From the human T2T-CHM13v2.0 reference genome, Homo sapiens, in the NCBI RefSeq assembly GCF_009914755.1, contig NC_060928.1: a stretch of DNA of 64,000 nt, one strand, 5' to 3'. Position numbers and translations under genes: made by a program. Shown piece after piece: positions 27,197 through 45,403 of the stretch (within the stretch, counting starts at the first letter, position 1; each line of letters starts with the position of its first letter). The notes beneath the pieces are model-generated. The model was not told the origin of the DNA, made no database searches, and worked only from the letters and a program-made list of their open reading frames with translations.

Positions 27197-28419
27197 AGGA
27201 AAATTTATGGATTCATACATAATGAGATGTTTAGATCTATTATTTAGCAAAGACATTTAACATAGAAGTTTAATTCTTTGGACATTTCAAGCAATATTTA
27301 ATGTCAGAACATAAATGAATACAGGCTTGGAGGTAACTTCATCAAAATGTTTTCAGTGGTATTTGAAAGAGAATGAAAAGTTAAGCAGTGGTCATGAATA
27401 CTGGACATGCAGAGAATATTCCCATTCATAGAAGCTACTTTGGCTTTTGGAGTTTTAATCTTTGTTCTTCCACTATTTTTAATGGAAAGATGCAACAGAT
27501 AACAAATGATTAACCATGACGACAGATCAACAAGCAAAGATAAACACAAAAATGATACAAGACAGAGTGTTTCTGTTCACTATCCTTCAAGTAGTTTCAG
27601 ATTTAGTTTACTTCTAGGCATCCAAGCTTCTGAGCTATCACCACAAATATCTAAATTGCTTTCTCTCGGGTTCTACAAAGCACTCTCTTTACTTTATCTA
27701 CTCATTTTAGATGGCACCTCATTGAATTTCTCCTAGCCAATTTGCTTTCTACAAAGCTCACATTTCTCTTACAATGGAGAAATTTCTTTAGCTCTACTCT
27801 TTCAACTTTAGCTTAATAGCATGAGAGCTTTCTTTAAGTTTCACTGTCAGCAGAATAGCACAAATTTAACATTTATGTGATCCATTTTTACTAAATAGCA
27901 GAGGAGAAAGTGTTATGCCAAGGGCAAAGTGGGTATTAATTTTCTGTATGGTTTATACAATTACTTGAATGCTTCCCTAAAGAAAATTAATATATTGATT
28001 AAACCTAATTAGCTTCAACTTATACATAACTATAGCATGAGTTATTTCTATGATGCAGGAAAATAGGTTGTAGTGAAAATAAGCCATGGGAGTTAGAATA
28101 CTCATCTGGCACACAAAGAATTTAAAGTATGATAAGAGTAACATGAGACAAAATTCATGTTTATTACAATAAATATACATCCATATTTAATTTTTTTAAA
28201 ATAGTAAAAGAGGGAATAGTTAAACATTCACTAACAATACCACTCTCCAAAGATCAAATGTTAGACTAATATTCTGGTAAATCTTCCAGACTTTCTCAAC
28301 ACAATTACACACCTACACAAGTACATACATACAAACACACACGGAAGTTTCATTTCACTCATTTAGATTTAAAATCTCTTTTTTTCATTTAACTTTATAT
28401 TATCACCCTATTTTCTTGT

Positions 28420-28930
28420 CATTTCTTTAATAAACATTTAATAAACGTTTGCCACAATGGTATGTTACTTAATAAACATTTGATACAGTGGCATGTTACT
28501 TATGTTCTAAACAAAAATTTATAAAACAGTCATTGCTGTTTTCTTGTGGAGCTTATATTTTGATGGAGAAGACAGACAATGAACAAATGGACAAATAAAC
28601 TATGTATATATGTTTAGATATAAATATGGATATAATCATAAATCATTAAGAAAACTATGAATAAAAGACAATAATCAAGAGTTGAGTGCGATACCCAGTA
28701 AAATAAGATAGTGAAAATGGCATGCTACAGGTAACATTTGTGCTGGGCTTTCAGTATCACATAGCAGCATTCTAAGAATAAGGAAACATACATGAAGACC
28801 CTAGATGGCAAAAGCTTTCTTTTGGAGGAACGATTTTAGAATGCTAATTCCAGGGTATAGTGGGAAAGAAAAAGTAACAAAATGTTGTAGAGACAGACAG
28901 AAATCAAATCACTCAGAGATTTTTTTAAAA
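28420..28930 (-). mobile_element. L2 fragment containing a 31-bp tandem duplication (28438-28499)
   Basis: 'ttcttgtggagcttatattttgatggagaagacagacaat'. Units ttaataaacgtttgccacaatggtatgttac and ttaataaacatttgatacagtggcatgttac. Confidence 0.6.
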
Positions 28931-28944
28931 TATTCTAATAAGAT

Positions 28945-29490
28945 TGAAGCAGTTGAATTGAGGCTAATTTTGAACTCTTTTTGTTCAATAGAATATAATA
29001 AAAGTAATACTAAGGCTTTTTGCAGGTTGATCGCTTAAAAACCCTATCACTACAATTTTCACTCATGAATCTAGTTGTCATATAAGAAATTCAACTACCC
29101 AGAAGGTACCATGCTGTGGTAAAGCTCAAACTAACAGCATGAAGAGGCAACATAGAGGAAAACCGAAACAGCGGACATGAGAGTGAAGTCACCTAGGATG
29201 TTTCAGTCCAGCTCAGCCATCAGTTTGATGCAGCCTTTTGAGGGGCTGCAGCTGGCAATAAATTAAGCATAACCACCCAGCCAATTCGTGTTCCAATACA
29301 AAATAAATAAGTAAAATTTTTTAAAAGTAAATAAAATAAACTAAAAAATATTGAAAAAGAAACCATAAACACAGCCTCCCAGCCAATCCCTGCTCAAAAT
29401 TCTTGACAAAGAAGATTATTAAAAAAATAAGCAAATGGTTATCTTATATGATGAAGTTTAAAGATGATTAATTACACAGCACTAATTAAA
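28945..29490 (+). mobile_element. Old MLT1 (G/H-like) LTR
   Basis: 'actacccagaaggtaccatgctgtgg', 'tccagctcagccatcag', 'aaccacccagccaa'. Confidence 0.6.
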
Positions 29491-31509
29491 ATAAAAAATA
29501 AACATATCCTATAATATAATATAGCATTAAATAAAAGGATATGACATAATATAATTTCAGATTGTGAGATTATTTGTTCACCTTTCCTAACCAAATATTT
29601 TTGATAGGATGTCCCAAGTTATCAATATAATATGAAATCATGAAATAATAGATTGACAATTAAACTAGTGCAATTAATGATGCAGCTCTTTTCTCACCAG
29701 TGAGAAAGTAAATAATATTACTGACAGTTTCTTTTTAATAAGTCTCTTCAACTACCAGCCCTAGATGTATTTAAACATTAACTCTTATGTTGTCAAAATA
29801 AAAGTTTTAAAGATTTTGTTAAATTGTCCTTGTTAACTCATAAAAGAGAACTATATATGTTTTTGAAGTGTGGTACAGTATTTGTAATATTATATTCTCA
29901 GTTGTAATATAGCCTACTATGCTCTTTTCTAAAATACTGTTCTTATTCAACAAATATAGAAGCTCATTGTAATGCTAATTTTCTCTATTAGTAATCAATT
30001 ATGTTTTTAGTACCTTGTAACAGTACCTTAAAATTTTGTTTGAAATATCTGTGTTCTCCTAAATACCCCTCCTATTACTCATTTTATAAAAATGCCACAA
30101 ACAAACAGTAACCAAAAAAATATATTGTAAGTGTAAGAATATATTGATATTTTTTCTGCTTCTATTGTTAAACTTCCCTATTTTCTTCTTAATAAATGCT
30201 GACATTTATTGGGTTACCGTTATAAATATCCTGACTTTATATTACTACTAATAATTATTAAACTCATTGAATTTATACTGTTTCTTTCTAGCCAATGAAT
30301 TTATTTCATGTAAGAATTAAAGATACAAACTACAAAATAATTATTGAAATTTTATAATATTAGAAAAAATGATCAAAAATTAAAGTCAAAATTATTATTT
30401 TTAAGATGAAGAATAAATAGAAAATCTATACAACCAAGATAAATTTATAATTGGAATGTTATGCAATAGGAAGAAAATTACTTCCCATGTAACATATTTT
30501 GTATTAATACTTCACTTGAATAGCTATTGATTGTATGTTTCATTTTATTATTTGCCATGCACTCATTTTTATTCAGCTCCATCTAGTATTACCTTAGATG
30601 TTAGTATGTTATGCTTCCATCCTGTTTGCGCCAAAGATTAAACTTTACTAATACCACAGATAAAAAATACTAATCTCATGTAAGTGTATGCAAATGATTC
30701 ACATGTTTTTGAAATTACAAGATTTCCTATCATACAAATACATAAAATTGTTGAAATCTCTTTTTGCAAGTTCAGTTTTCTTAGAGAGGAAAATGCACTC
30801 TCCCCAACCTGTGGAGAGGAAAACCCATTTCTTCCCGACCTATGGAATCTACATCCAGTCTCAGGGGATCCTCAACTATTTGACCAAGGATCATCTCTGC
30901 CACAGGTTCTAGGGTTGTTTTATGTAAGGTTATTTATCAATCATGCACAGTTCTGCTGTAGCAATTGTGCTCTTAGGGAATGTATATTAGCATAAAATTA
31001 CTATCAACAAAAAAGTGTTGGGAGATAGAGGCCTTCATAATTGAAATAATAAAATTAAATTTTCTCCAAAATTTTTTAAATTTTCCATTAATGTGAATGT
31101 AGCTAAAAGGTGAGTTAGGTGAGTAGCAATAAAGCTTAAATATATCCACAATATGAATTGACCTAGTTTTGCCTAAGAAAAATGGTCTTTACTTTTCTCT
31201 CAATGGCAGCATTATTTTAATTACATATTGTCGTACATATTTGTATTACCTTTTCAGTTATTGTCTTTATATGAAAAAAATGAAATAAATACTTGCAATT
31301 TGTGTTGCTGGAAACAACTTTACTTTTTCTCTATATACCTAGAGCTAATTACATTCATGATTATATTAATATGTAATGCAGAGTTGTTCTAAGAGGAGTG
31401 CTGAAGTACAATTCAATTAACCTCATGAAAGCTCAGCAACAGGAAAATTTCTTATGCTCACTGACAGTGTGGTCTGTTACTAACATTGATGGATATGAAA
31501 CTACAGATA

Positions 31510-32100
31510 CATGGCAGACAAACCCTACAGTAATCCTCAATGATGTCTGCCTACTGGTGTTCATGCTTTTGTATAATCCCTTCTGTTTGGGTGTGATTGG
31601 AGCCTGTGACTTGTTCCTAGCCAATAGAAAATGGCAATGATGTAGGAATATCTCTCCCATACCTAGGTTACATTTTATAACAAAGGTGATGAGATATCAC
31701 TCCTATGATGCTATTATGTTCTGTAAATCTCTGTCACTAGAGTTGCTCTTGCTCCTTGCTGGCTCTGAAGAAGCAAGTCATTGTGTTATGAATTACCTAC
31801 AGAGAAGCTTCCAAGGCAAAAAACTACAGGTTACCTGTAAGAGCTGAAGGTCTCAATCTTACAGTCACAATGTAATAAATTCTGCTAACAACCTGAATGG
31901 ACTTGGAAAGGGATTTGTTTTTCCAGTGGATCCTTCAGTTGAGAATGTAGCCTGGGTAACAGTGATCGTGACATCCTGAACAGAGGATACAGCTCATCTA
32001 TGTCCAGACATCTAAATCATGGAAACTATAATATAATAAATGTGATTGTTTTAAGACACTAGATTTTTGATAATATGTTATGCAGCAGTAGAAACCTCAC
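31510..32100 (+). mobile_element. MLT1E-like LTR
   Basis: 'cctgtgacttgttcctagccaatagaaaatggcaa', 'tgctggctctgaagaagcaag', 'aattctgctaacaacctgaat', end 'tgttatgcagcagtagaaac'. Confidence 0.82.
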
Positions 32101-32125
32101 ATATGGAATTACTTTTGTTGAGTTC

Positions 32126-32832
32126 AATGATGTTGAATAGAAGTAAAACGTGAACTACATATGTTATTTTAAGTGTCTAGTAACCACATTTAGAAGCAAC
32201 AAAAAAATAAAAATTAATTTTGTAATATATTTTATTTATTTACTTATATTTATTATATATTTCTATATTTATATTATCTAATATGTAATAAAATGTTTTA
32301 TTTTGTAATACAATATAATATAAATATATATATTAAATGTCCACATTATATACTTTTTGCATGTATTGTTATATGTAATATTTAGATGTTATGTATTTAT
32401 TATTTATGTGATGGTTATAAATTATGTATATATATTTATACTTAATTTTTCTCAATATGGTGAAAACAGTATCATTGCAACAAGTAACATAAAAATTATT
32501 AATGAATATTTTACATTCTTTTTTCATGTCAAATTTTTAAAATCCAGTTTGTACTTAAACATAGCACATATCAATTCATATGTCATATTTTTATCAGAAA
32601 TGCATGTATGTAATGTTTACAATATTTACAGTATTAAAAATAGGTTCATATAAACCAGTTGTTCCAGATATACTCAAAAGTTTTACTGATAGAGGCATAA
32701 GGTTTTAAATTTAAATTTAATTATAATTATATAAAATTAAAGATTCTGTTCTTCATTCACTAGTAATTAATATTAGTACTCAATAGCTGCATGTAGCAAG
32801 TGGGTACTGGACATTGTATTGAACAGGGCAGG
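32126..32832. mobile_element. Charlie1/MER33-family hAT DNA transposon with an AT-rich interior
   Basis: 'tctagtaaccacattt', 'aaattattaatgaatattttacattctttttt', 'gttgttccagatatactcaaaagtttt', end 'ctcaatagctgcatgtagcaagtgggtact'. Confidence 0.8.
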
Positions 32833-32892
32833 TTTAGATCCTGAAATTTATGGCCCATTTTTTTAGGCTCATGTTTATATTTCACATCTGAA

Positions 32893-33055
32893 TCAATTGT
32901 TCTAAACACTAGGAAACTTAACAATCATAAGAAGTGCTTATTTTAAATGCATTTTACCAGGAAACCTCCCCCTCCACTTCATTCTGATTCAGTATATCGG
33001 TGGTTGGATTAGATAATTTTGATGCAGGTGGTCCAAAAAATTACAGTTTAGGAAA
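32893..33055. mobile_element. MER5-like hAT element
   Basis: 'attctgattcagta...ttttgatgcaggtggtcca'. Confidence 0.55.
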
Positions 33056-33369
33056 ATAATGGCGATAGAAGTTAATGAAGGCAGCAGCAAGGTGGGGACT
33101 GATTTGCCTTAATGCCTAGAGCTCATCTGGGTATCACATACCCAAAATTTTACTGACTTAAGTTAACACTTTGGCCTGAAGGCCATATTCCTGGGAAATA
33201 AGAGAAAAACTAAAGAAACAAATCTCAAAAAGAAGACCATGCCACATCTTGTGTAGAAAAATAACATTGCCCTTTAACTTGGCCCATCCTTAATGGAAAA
33301 ATATTAGCAAAGAGGAACCTTGAGCGCCACCTAGTGTTTGGAGTGTGCTGTGCTGCTCACAGTTTTTCT

Positions 33370-34190
33370 TGCTATCATTCCTATTTCAGTTACTTCATTA
33401 TTTCATTTTCAAGTAACCATTCTTCAGATTGTCCCTTGAACGTAAACATAGAACAGCGTTTTATTCTTAGACAATGTTCTTTTGCTTTATATCAAAATCC
33501 TAGGATATTTTATTTATATCCCAAATTTCTGCTACCACATATATATGTTGATGATTTCCAAAACTTTAACTCTCTGGACCCACATTTCTGAATTCTATTA
33601 GTTGTCATCACCATTTGAATGATACACAGGCACCTCAAACTCACTGTCTAAAATGGAAATTATAATTTTTACTTCCAGTAATTATGAATTCTCCTTCTGT
33701 ATTTTATTTCTTGCTAAATGCATGACTATCCACACTGTTAGGGCCAAGCATCAAGGGTGTATTCTTGATGATTTTTCCATCTCATTTTCTTGTTTAGTCA
33801 TCAAAACCTGGTATTTTATTTTCTTAATATGTCTTGAGGCATTTACCTCCTCTTTATGTTCACTGTCATTGCCTTTTCATTCACACATGACTACTTTGGA
33901 AACCGTCCATGTTAATTCTCTGAGTGCTAATTCCGCTTATTTTGTTGCTTTTAATTTTGGCCCAATATACTTCATCTTGCACTTGTCTAAATAATCTATG
34001 TAAAATACAATGTTGATCTTCATTATGCTCCAGTATAAAAATGACATCTCAGAGTTTTCCAGAAAATTCTAATCACCCTAGTGTAGTTATCAAAATCAGT
34101 CATGGTGTAAACTTTGTATCTGTTTGGTCTGATTTTTCTATGCCTTGTACGGTGCCTGCTACATAGTACGTGCTCAACAAATTCTGAAGA
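33370..34190 (+). mobile_element. L2
   Basis: 'tatatgttgatgatttccaaa', 'caggcacctcaaactcac', end 'gtgcctgctacatagtacgtgctcaacaaat'. Confidence 0.8.
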
Positions 34191-34474
34191 GTATTTGAGA
34201 TAGTTATTTTTCAAGAATCAGAGAACAGATGTCTTCACACTTTCTCATTTCACTTGTGTTGGTATTTCAAATATTCACTTAAAATGTACCCTGGAAATTT
34301 ATTTGGAAATATTGAATATTTGATTATACTCCCTGAATAAAGTAATTTACAAATATGTACTATCATATGAAGGAAATAGTACTACTATTTTCCTAAAACA
34401 ATAAGATTAATATAAAATAAGTGTTAGTAGCATATTTTAAAAAATAACATTTTGGTTTTATTAAATAAGAAGTC

Positions 34475-34670
34475 TAGCATGGCTTAGTAGAATACTGAAA
34501 TGGGCTCAGAAAACTCAGGTCTTGGTAGTAATTCTGCCAATAACTAGCTATACAAACTTTTGTGAGATAAACTAACCTCTGTAGGTCTCAGCTCACAGTT
34601 TTCTTATCTGTAAAATAAGTTGACTAAAGTACATAATCTTTATGCCCCTTTCTACCTTATTATATCTAGG
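34475..34670 (+). mobile_element. MIR (MIR3/MIRc-like)
   Basis: 'ctgccaataactagct...aacctctgtaggtctcag...ttttcttatctgtaaaat'. Confidence 0.7.
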
Positions 34671-37169
34671 TCAGTACTGTTAAACAGAATAATGGCCTCT
34701 GTCTCAGAAGACTTTGTTGAATCTACTCTTGAATATATCAGTAATTTCACTGGAATCATTTATCGAGTGTTTTCCATATGCTAAACATAAAATTATTTTA
34801 TTTTTTGATATTGAATAGAGATGCAATAATATACATATATGAAGGCAAATTGAAAAACTCTGTCTTTTGTGAATAAAAATGGGCTTTAACAAAAAACATA
34901 AAAGAAATTTTGTAATCATCAGCCTTCATACTCTTTCAGATAGCATCATTAACAAATGTTGTTATCCACTCAGCCTGCTGGGACAAAGAAGTTATCTCTT
35001 AACAGACAGATTAAATATTAATTATTTATAACGTGTTATTGTTTTTCTACTATGGTAACTTGAATACTTCATAAGCACTCAATTTATGTTTAATTTATTG
35101 GTGACAATAATTATAATCTACAATCTAGATATTCTTATTATTTCCTAGGAACATACATTTATATAATTGTTTCAGTTTTGCTAAATATTAATACAAGACC
35201 AAAGAAAATCTATATTACAGTATTTATTTGTTTAACATTTTTCCAGCTAATATATAAAATGTTCATTTCATTTTAAATAGCAAACTCTCTATAACAAATT
35301 AAAAACCAGACTTTTCATTTAAAAAATACAATGGTACATTCCAAAGTTGTCAATTCAGTAATTAAGTAACTAGTAATTGATAATGAGATTCCATACTGTT
35401 GTTTTCTATTATTATTTGAAAAATTCCCCAGAAGTTCATAAAAGAGAAATCTATAGAAATTAATATGTTTCCAATGAAATAGAGAAAAGCAATTTGGAGC
35501 TGTTATTAAAAGCAGAACTGACAATATATTTTTTATATTAGCCTCTTTTTTTAGTGATGAAATCAGCTAATGAAGTATTTCTTAATTATTAGAGTTTGGA
35601 ATTTGAAAACCAAGCGTGAGAGAAAAAAAAAAAAGTAAAATCTCCCTATCATTCAGCAAGATAAACAATGGAAGTACTTATTGCAAAAAGCTAAGTAAAA
35701 AAAAAAAATACTATCAAAAGGTATGTGATATAAATATTGCAGAGATAGTCAGTTTTCCTCCCTGAGATTTTACTCTGTTCAATTTCAGGATATTTTAAAA
35801 TATCAGAGGGGCAATTTCTCAGGACAAGAACATATTCTGCTGTCACTATTCTTTCCTCCTTGCTTTTTAATTTTTATTTTATTTTATTTTTATGTCCTCA
35901 ATGGAGAACAAATGTGTAACCTATGCACATTACGCAGGTTATTAAAAGAAGTATAATGTAGGATGGTGTTTAATGACTATGTGATCCTACTTTTCTGGAT
36001 TGTATTTTTCCCAACTCTTCATTTCAATTCATAATTTTTACTACTTTGGATATAAAGGGAAAATTTTAAGGCTGTAAAATCTGGCTATTCCTTTGCTATA
36101 TTGTTATCTAATAGGTAGTGTGGTGTAGAAGAAATAATGAGACTTTGAAATCACAACTAAACTTTAAAATTCTAGAGGCTCAAAAGCTGAAGAGAATAAT
36201 TCTGAAAGAATTTTAAAACTCACAGAGCATACATTTCTGAGACACTAGTCAAAATACTATAAGCTGTCCACAGAAAACTCTCTGTTGATTTATACTGAGG
36301 TTAGAAAACATATTTCTCTTCCCTAAAGGATCAGTGAAAAAATGATGTTTTGTTTCCTTCCTGTAGTTCTGCTATTCACATTGGTCTTTCAAATACCAGA
36401 AGAAAAGAATTACATAACATCAGAAAATAATGTTAGATGTTCAATATGATTTGGATACAAGAGGGACAGATAAATGAAAAAGGGAAGTCTTGTATATTCA
36501 TACATTTGTTTACGTTTAAAAACATAATCAAATTTTTTATGTTATTGTTTTGTTATTGTTTATAAAATATAATATGTTTAATATTTTGCCTCTGTGGGAA
36601 AATAGTTCCTACAATTTAAGCAAAGGAAATCTTCATTATGTAGTATGTTATAGTTGTTTGTATCCTTTTTAATTTTAGAATTAAAGGAAAATAATATTAA
36701 TATTTTAAAAAAATATTTAGTATTTAGCAGTTTATATTCTCATCATATTATAATATTATTTTTTAATATTGAAGTTTTATAAAGTTAGGGAGAAAAAGAT
36801 TTATCTTAGTTATTGTTGCAGAAATACAAAATCATAATTCAGCAAACTCTCAAATGTGTTTAATAACATATATTGTGTCTTATGATTCCTCTATATATGT
36901 TTTAAAAACCGAAAGTATTTAGTAGATTTAAAAAATAATATAGATGTCTCCAAGCTCACAATGTTTTGTGTATCCATATTTTTCCTATCAAAAGCCCAAA
37001 ATTTCTTTCATAAAAATAATAAATAAATTTACAGTGAGATTGATTTTCCCAACTGGGTCGTGGAACAAGGCTTCCTTGGTTATAGGAAGTATTGCATTTA
37101 TAAGGTAATTTTATATTAGACAACAGATAACTAAAGAGAAAGCAGTCTTTACATAATTAAACACATAAC

Positions 37170-37945
<776 letters not shown>

Positions 37946-38662
37946 GTGACTTTGAGATAGTAAATAATAAAGTGTAAATTTTAAAATTTAAGAAAATAAT
38001 GTCTACAAATATAAAATAATCACATACCAGTCAGATTTTTAACTCATTAGCTAGTGAGGGTAATAGCATTCACGGCAATTCAGTTGGATGGTGTCTCAGT
38101 CTTGCTCTTGGCCCAAGCAGGAGTATCATATGCTTGCTCTACATTATAGCCATGAATGCCAAAATTTATTTACTAATAGATGAAAACTGGTTATTATCTC
38201 CAAGGGACAAAAAAAGTTTAAACGTGGGGTCATCTTTTCTATAGGGCAGAAATTGATTATATTAATAATTTGCATTCCTATGGTCAATAATTCTTTTCAC
38301 TGCTATCAATTTCAACAAGTTAACATTACCATTATAGAATTGTAAAATAACTTGGTCAAAAAGTATTTAAAGACCAAAAACTCATATTCTAAAGTCCCCA
38401 GAGCTTCTGCAAGGCAATGCTCAGCACTCTACTAAAAGGAAATAGCAAACTGTTTTACCCATTTCCAAGCCTTGGACAATTTCTCTGGACATAATTAAAA
38501 TTAGTAAATATATAATACTGAAACATATATAATTATATGTAAATTTAAAAATTTAAAAATATATGGCTTAAATTAAGATAGTAATGTAAATGAAAAGAGG
38601 GGGATTGATTTGAGAAGTATTTAGAGACAGATTTAACATAATGATTTAGATGAGGTAGCATG

Positions 38663-38895
38663 TCTATACATTTTCTATAGCTGCTGTCAAAGAAACGGCA
38701 CAAACTTGTTGGCTTAAAACAATACACCTTAATTATTTTACAGTTTTGTAGATCAGAAGTTTAATACAGATTTCAGTGGTCGGAAATATAGATGTCTATA
38801 GGCTGCATTGGTTTCTGAGAGCTGTACGGAAGAATCTGTTTTTCGGCTCATTTGGATTTTGTAGAATTCAGTTCCATGGGGTTGTGAGACTGAGC
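38663..38895 (-). mobile_element. MLT1 LTR fragment
   Basis: 'cacaaacttgttggcttaaaacaatacac...ttttacagttttgtagatcagaagt...agaattcagttcc'. Confidence 0.75.
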
Positions 38896-40669
38896 TGAAT
38901 GCTGTCATGAAAGAATAACTGAGCTGACTAAATTTTAAGAAGAGATCAGAATGTAGAAAAATCTTTTTTAATCAGTTACTAAATCCTGTTCTGTTGACGA
39001 TATGCTATAGTAGAATTTTAAGTTTTTTAATTATTCCATGGATTTAGACTAAGCTTAATTTTCTTGGTGCCAGAATTCATCCATAATGAAATACATGTTT
39101 ATGCCAACTGCATGGTCCATGGAATTATATAAACGTGTCCATATACCTAGGGCATATAGCACTGGGAACTGAATTTTTATTTCCTACAATGTTACTGATA
39201 TCACTGATGACCTAGTTTTCCCTGACAGAAAAATAATTTGTCCAGAACTTGAGGTGTTGCACATGAATTATTCTTTTATATAACAAAGTATTCCTTATAT
39301 TTCCATTAAGAAGGATGTAAATGTGAAATACACAAATGTAAAACACTTATGCATTATGGGGAAGAAGAGTATATATGAGTATGTTGGGCCAATTATTAAC
39401 CTCTGTTTCTACCTCAATAACTTAGGAGAAATGAGAGTAACTGAGGAATCTGTGGCAAACCAATTTTTTTTTTATGAGTGGCATTTTCAGGATCTTCTAA
39501 CTATAATTTTTAAACAAAAATGAAATATGTTCCAGTTTAAATTGTGACATGAAGTGGTACTAAAATTAAAAGATGCTATGCCAGTGGCAATGGCCAAAAC
39601 TCTCAATTTTTGCTACCTATAGTTGTTAGTGGTAGAGAATAGCAAAATGAAAATACAAATTACAATGTAAAGTACTTAAAAATTGAAGACTTTAAAAAAG
39701 AATATAAGAAGACATATTAAAGGATAAAATGTTATTTGAAATCTGTCAGTATAACCACCAATATAATTTTTAATGTGTTTTCAAGTAGAAGAAAATTGTT
39801 AAAGATGCCATTGGTGTCATTCAATTGACAGTTTTCACATCGAGTTCAGTCAAGTTACTCTTTTTGATGTTTGGGCTTGCTAATGGAGTTGTGGGCAGGA
39901 AACTCCACTTGTGTACATTACATTACCCTATTATGAATAAGCAAGAGCAGCACTTGCTGTGGCTCTTTGTTGATATACTTTTAGTATGCTCATCTTACAT
40001 TTTAAAATAATGAAAATGTTTCTTAAGTAAAATGACAACATTATGTTGTTATTAGTTATAAATGCTAATAGTGTTTAGTGACATGTAGGACCATTTTTGC
40101 AAGTCCACAATGTAAACACCTTGCATATTTCAAAGTTACATAAGCACAAGTATTAGAAATTAATTAGGAAAGATAATATTTGTATTACACAAAGCCTTCA
40201 TAAGATCAATTTGAAAAATTATTTTTAGTGTTATACTCTCACTTTAAGAAGTACAGTGATTCAAATTCTTCAAATGGTCTGAAGAATAACTGCAAGGTTT
40301 AACAGAATTAGGAGGTTTGCTTTATAAGGAATGGTTTCAGGAAACAAACATGTTTTAAGAAAAATATGATGAACATATTAAATCATGAAAAGGAAAATTT
40401 AGGTGAAATATAAAGAAAAAGAAAAATTTAGGTAAAAATTTCCACAAAAGGAAATTTAGGTGAAATAGAAAAAAGTATCTAAAAGAGAATAAGATGTTCT
40501 GGTTAATGTTTAGTACATCACAAAAAAATTCTAAAAATATTGCAAGTTCCCATTGTGTATGTCTACAAAAGTTTATATTTATTTTTCAAAAGATTTTATG
40601 TCACTTTTACTGTAGGAATTACACAAACTATAACAGCTTTAAATTTGTAATAATATAAAATGAAACGAT

Positions 40670-43346
<2,677 letters not shown>

Positions 43347-44125
43347 CTGACCTACCTACACTGAACTCATTTTCAACAAAGATGCCAAAAACATACGCTG
43401 GGAAGAAGACCATCTCTTGAATAACTGGTACTGGGAAAACTGAGTATACATCAGCAGAAGAATGAAACTAGACCCCTATCTGTCATTATATACAAAAATC
43501 CAATCAAAATGGATTAAAGATTTAATTCTAAGACCTCCAACTATGAAACTGCTACAAGAAAAGTTTGGGGAAAATCTCCAGGATATTGGTCTGGGCAAAA
43601 ATTTATTCAGCAATACCTCACAAGTACAGACAACCAAAGCAAAAATGGCCAAATGGGATCACATCAAGTTAAAAAGTTTTTGCACTGCAAAGGTTACAAT
43701 CAACATTGAAGAGACAGCCTGCAGAATGGAAGAAGATATTTGCAAACTACCCATCTGACAAGGGATTAATAACCAGAATATATAGGTAGTTCAAACCATT
43801 CTATAGGAAAAAAATCTAATAATTATATTAAAAATGTGCAAAAACTTGAATAGATATTTCTCAGAAGACATACAAATGGCAGACAGGTATATGAAAAGGT
43901 GTTCAACATCACTGATCATCAGAGAAATGCAAATCAAAACTAAAATGAGATATCATCTCACCCGAGTTAAAATAACTTATATCCAAAAGACAGGCAATAA
44001 CAAATACTGGCAAGGATGTGGAGAAAAGTGAACCCTAGTTTCCTGTTGGTAGGAATATAAATTATTAAATAGTACAATCACTATGGAGAACAGTTTGGAG
44101 GTGCCTCAAAAAACTAAAAATTACA
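43347..44125 (+). mobile_element. L1MA-like ORF2 3' fragment
   Basis: ORF remnants 'MKLDPYLSLYTKIQSKWIKDL', 'WDHIKLKSFCTAK' and '[17 protein letters not shown]'. Confidence 0.92.
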
Positions 44126-44154
44126 GCCACTCACAGGAGTAGTTCCATAGATAT

Positions 44155-44270
44155 ATTAATTCTATCTATTACTATTTTCATATCTATGTATATCTATATC
44201 TCTTTATGTATATCTATATCTCTTTATATATATATATATCTTTCTCTATATTAATTATTTCCATATATAT
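44155..44270. repeat. TA/TC-rich low complexity
   Basis: Repeated 'tatgtatatctatatctct'. Confidence 0.8.
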
Positions 44271-45403
44271 GTTAATGACTACCAGTTAGAGTCAAACTGC
44301 ATCCCAGAAAAGGATAGATTTCAATATATAAGTCATATCTGGAAACTCATAACATATTAGCCATGTAATATAATCTCAGACATTCATTAATATTACAATA
44401 ACGTGACTCTGCATTTTATGCATTTATGTAGGGATACCTAATTCAGTGTTGATGAAGCAACACTAAATTTTTACTTTATACTTTCAAAAAATTTTACTTT
44501 ATGCTTTCTCTTATTATTTCTTCATTAATGGAAGTAACATGAGTTATATAATTTATTTGTGAAACAAATTTAAATTTTAAAACATTATTTTGTTGTCTAT
44601 TTCTAAGTCTAACATCTCATTTTGATGAGATAACATAATCTGAGTAATGTTGATCAATGGGAAATTTATTGAGGTTTTCTTTGTGGACTGGATTATGTAA
44701 ATGTTTGGCACTTTCTGGGTGTGCTAGGGAAAACTGTTTACTGTGCTCTTTGGATATAAAATTTATCTCTAAATATGTTAGTTCAAATTAATTAATTATA
44801 ATATAATGAATATTTGTTCACATTATTTATCATTAATGTTGACAAAGTTTCCAGCTATATTTGTCATTTATTTTGCCCCATAATTACATTATTTGTTGCT
44901 TTATATATTTTGAGTCTACACTGTTAAGAGCATAAAGATTTATAAGGTATTTATATTCTCTTGATCTTTGTTCCTTAACAGCATTTATCATTTTATGATG
45001 TTTTTCTACTATAAACATATCGTTAGCCTTTTCTGTATCTTTATTTTAAATATAAGGACATACACTTTGGGGTGCATTGTTAATTTATCTTAACCCCATA
45101 TTTTATATTTACCATTTTGATCATTTTGTGGCTTTTCCTTTCCTACCTTGAATAAAACAATTATGTTTTTCCTTTGATTTATCTAGTATTCACTACATTC
45201 TTTATTCAAAATTGTCAGACCATATCAGTTCTACCTTTATAGCAAGGCTGATTCTATCAGCAAAAGGTTGATAATGGTATGGAGCTCCTAAAGTTAGTAG
45301 AATTTCACTGAAACTAAATTCTCGTTCATTCTCCCATCTTGACTTAGTTATCTATGTAAATTATTAAAAGACATTTTTGTTATCAGTCCTTTATGTGCTG
45401 TAA

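Noticed and set aside
35761-35823. Imperfect hairpin (cctgaga...gatattttaaaatatc...tctcagg)
   Set aside because: The core is an AT-rich palindrome with asymmetric arms, which is not enough for a pre-miRNA or MITE call.
40388-40467. Three spaced copies of aaaaggaaaatttaggtgaaata, superficially like a repeat-spacer array
   Set aside because: This is a degenerate ~29-bp A-rich minisatellite with very short spacers in eukaryotic DNA and no cas genes, so it is not CRISPR.
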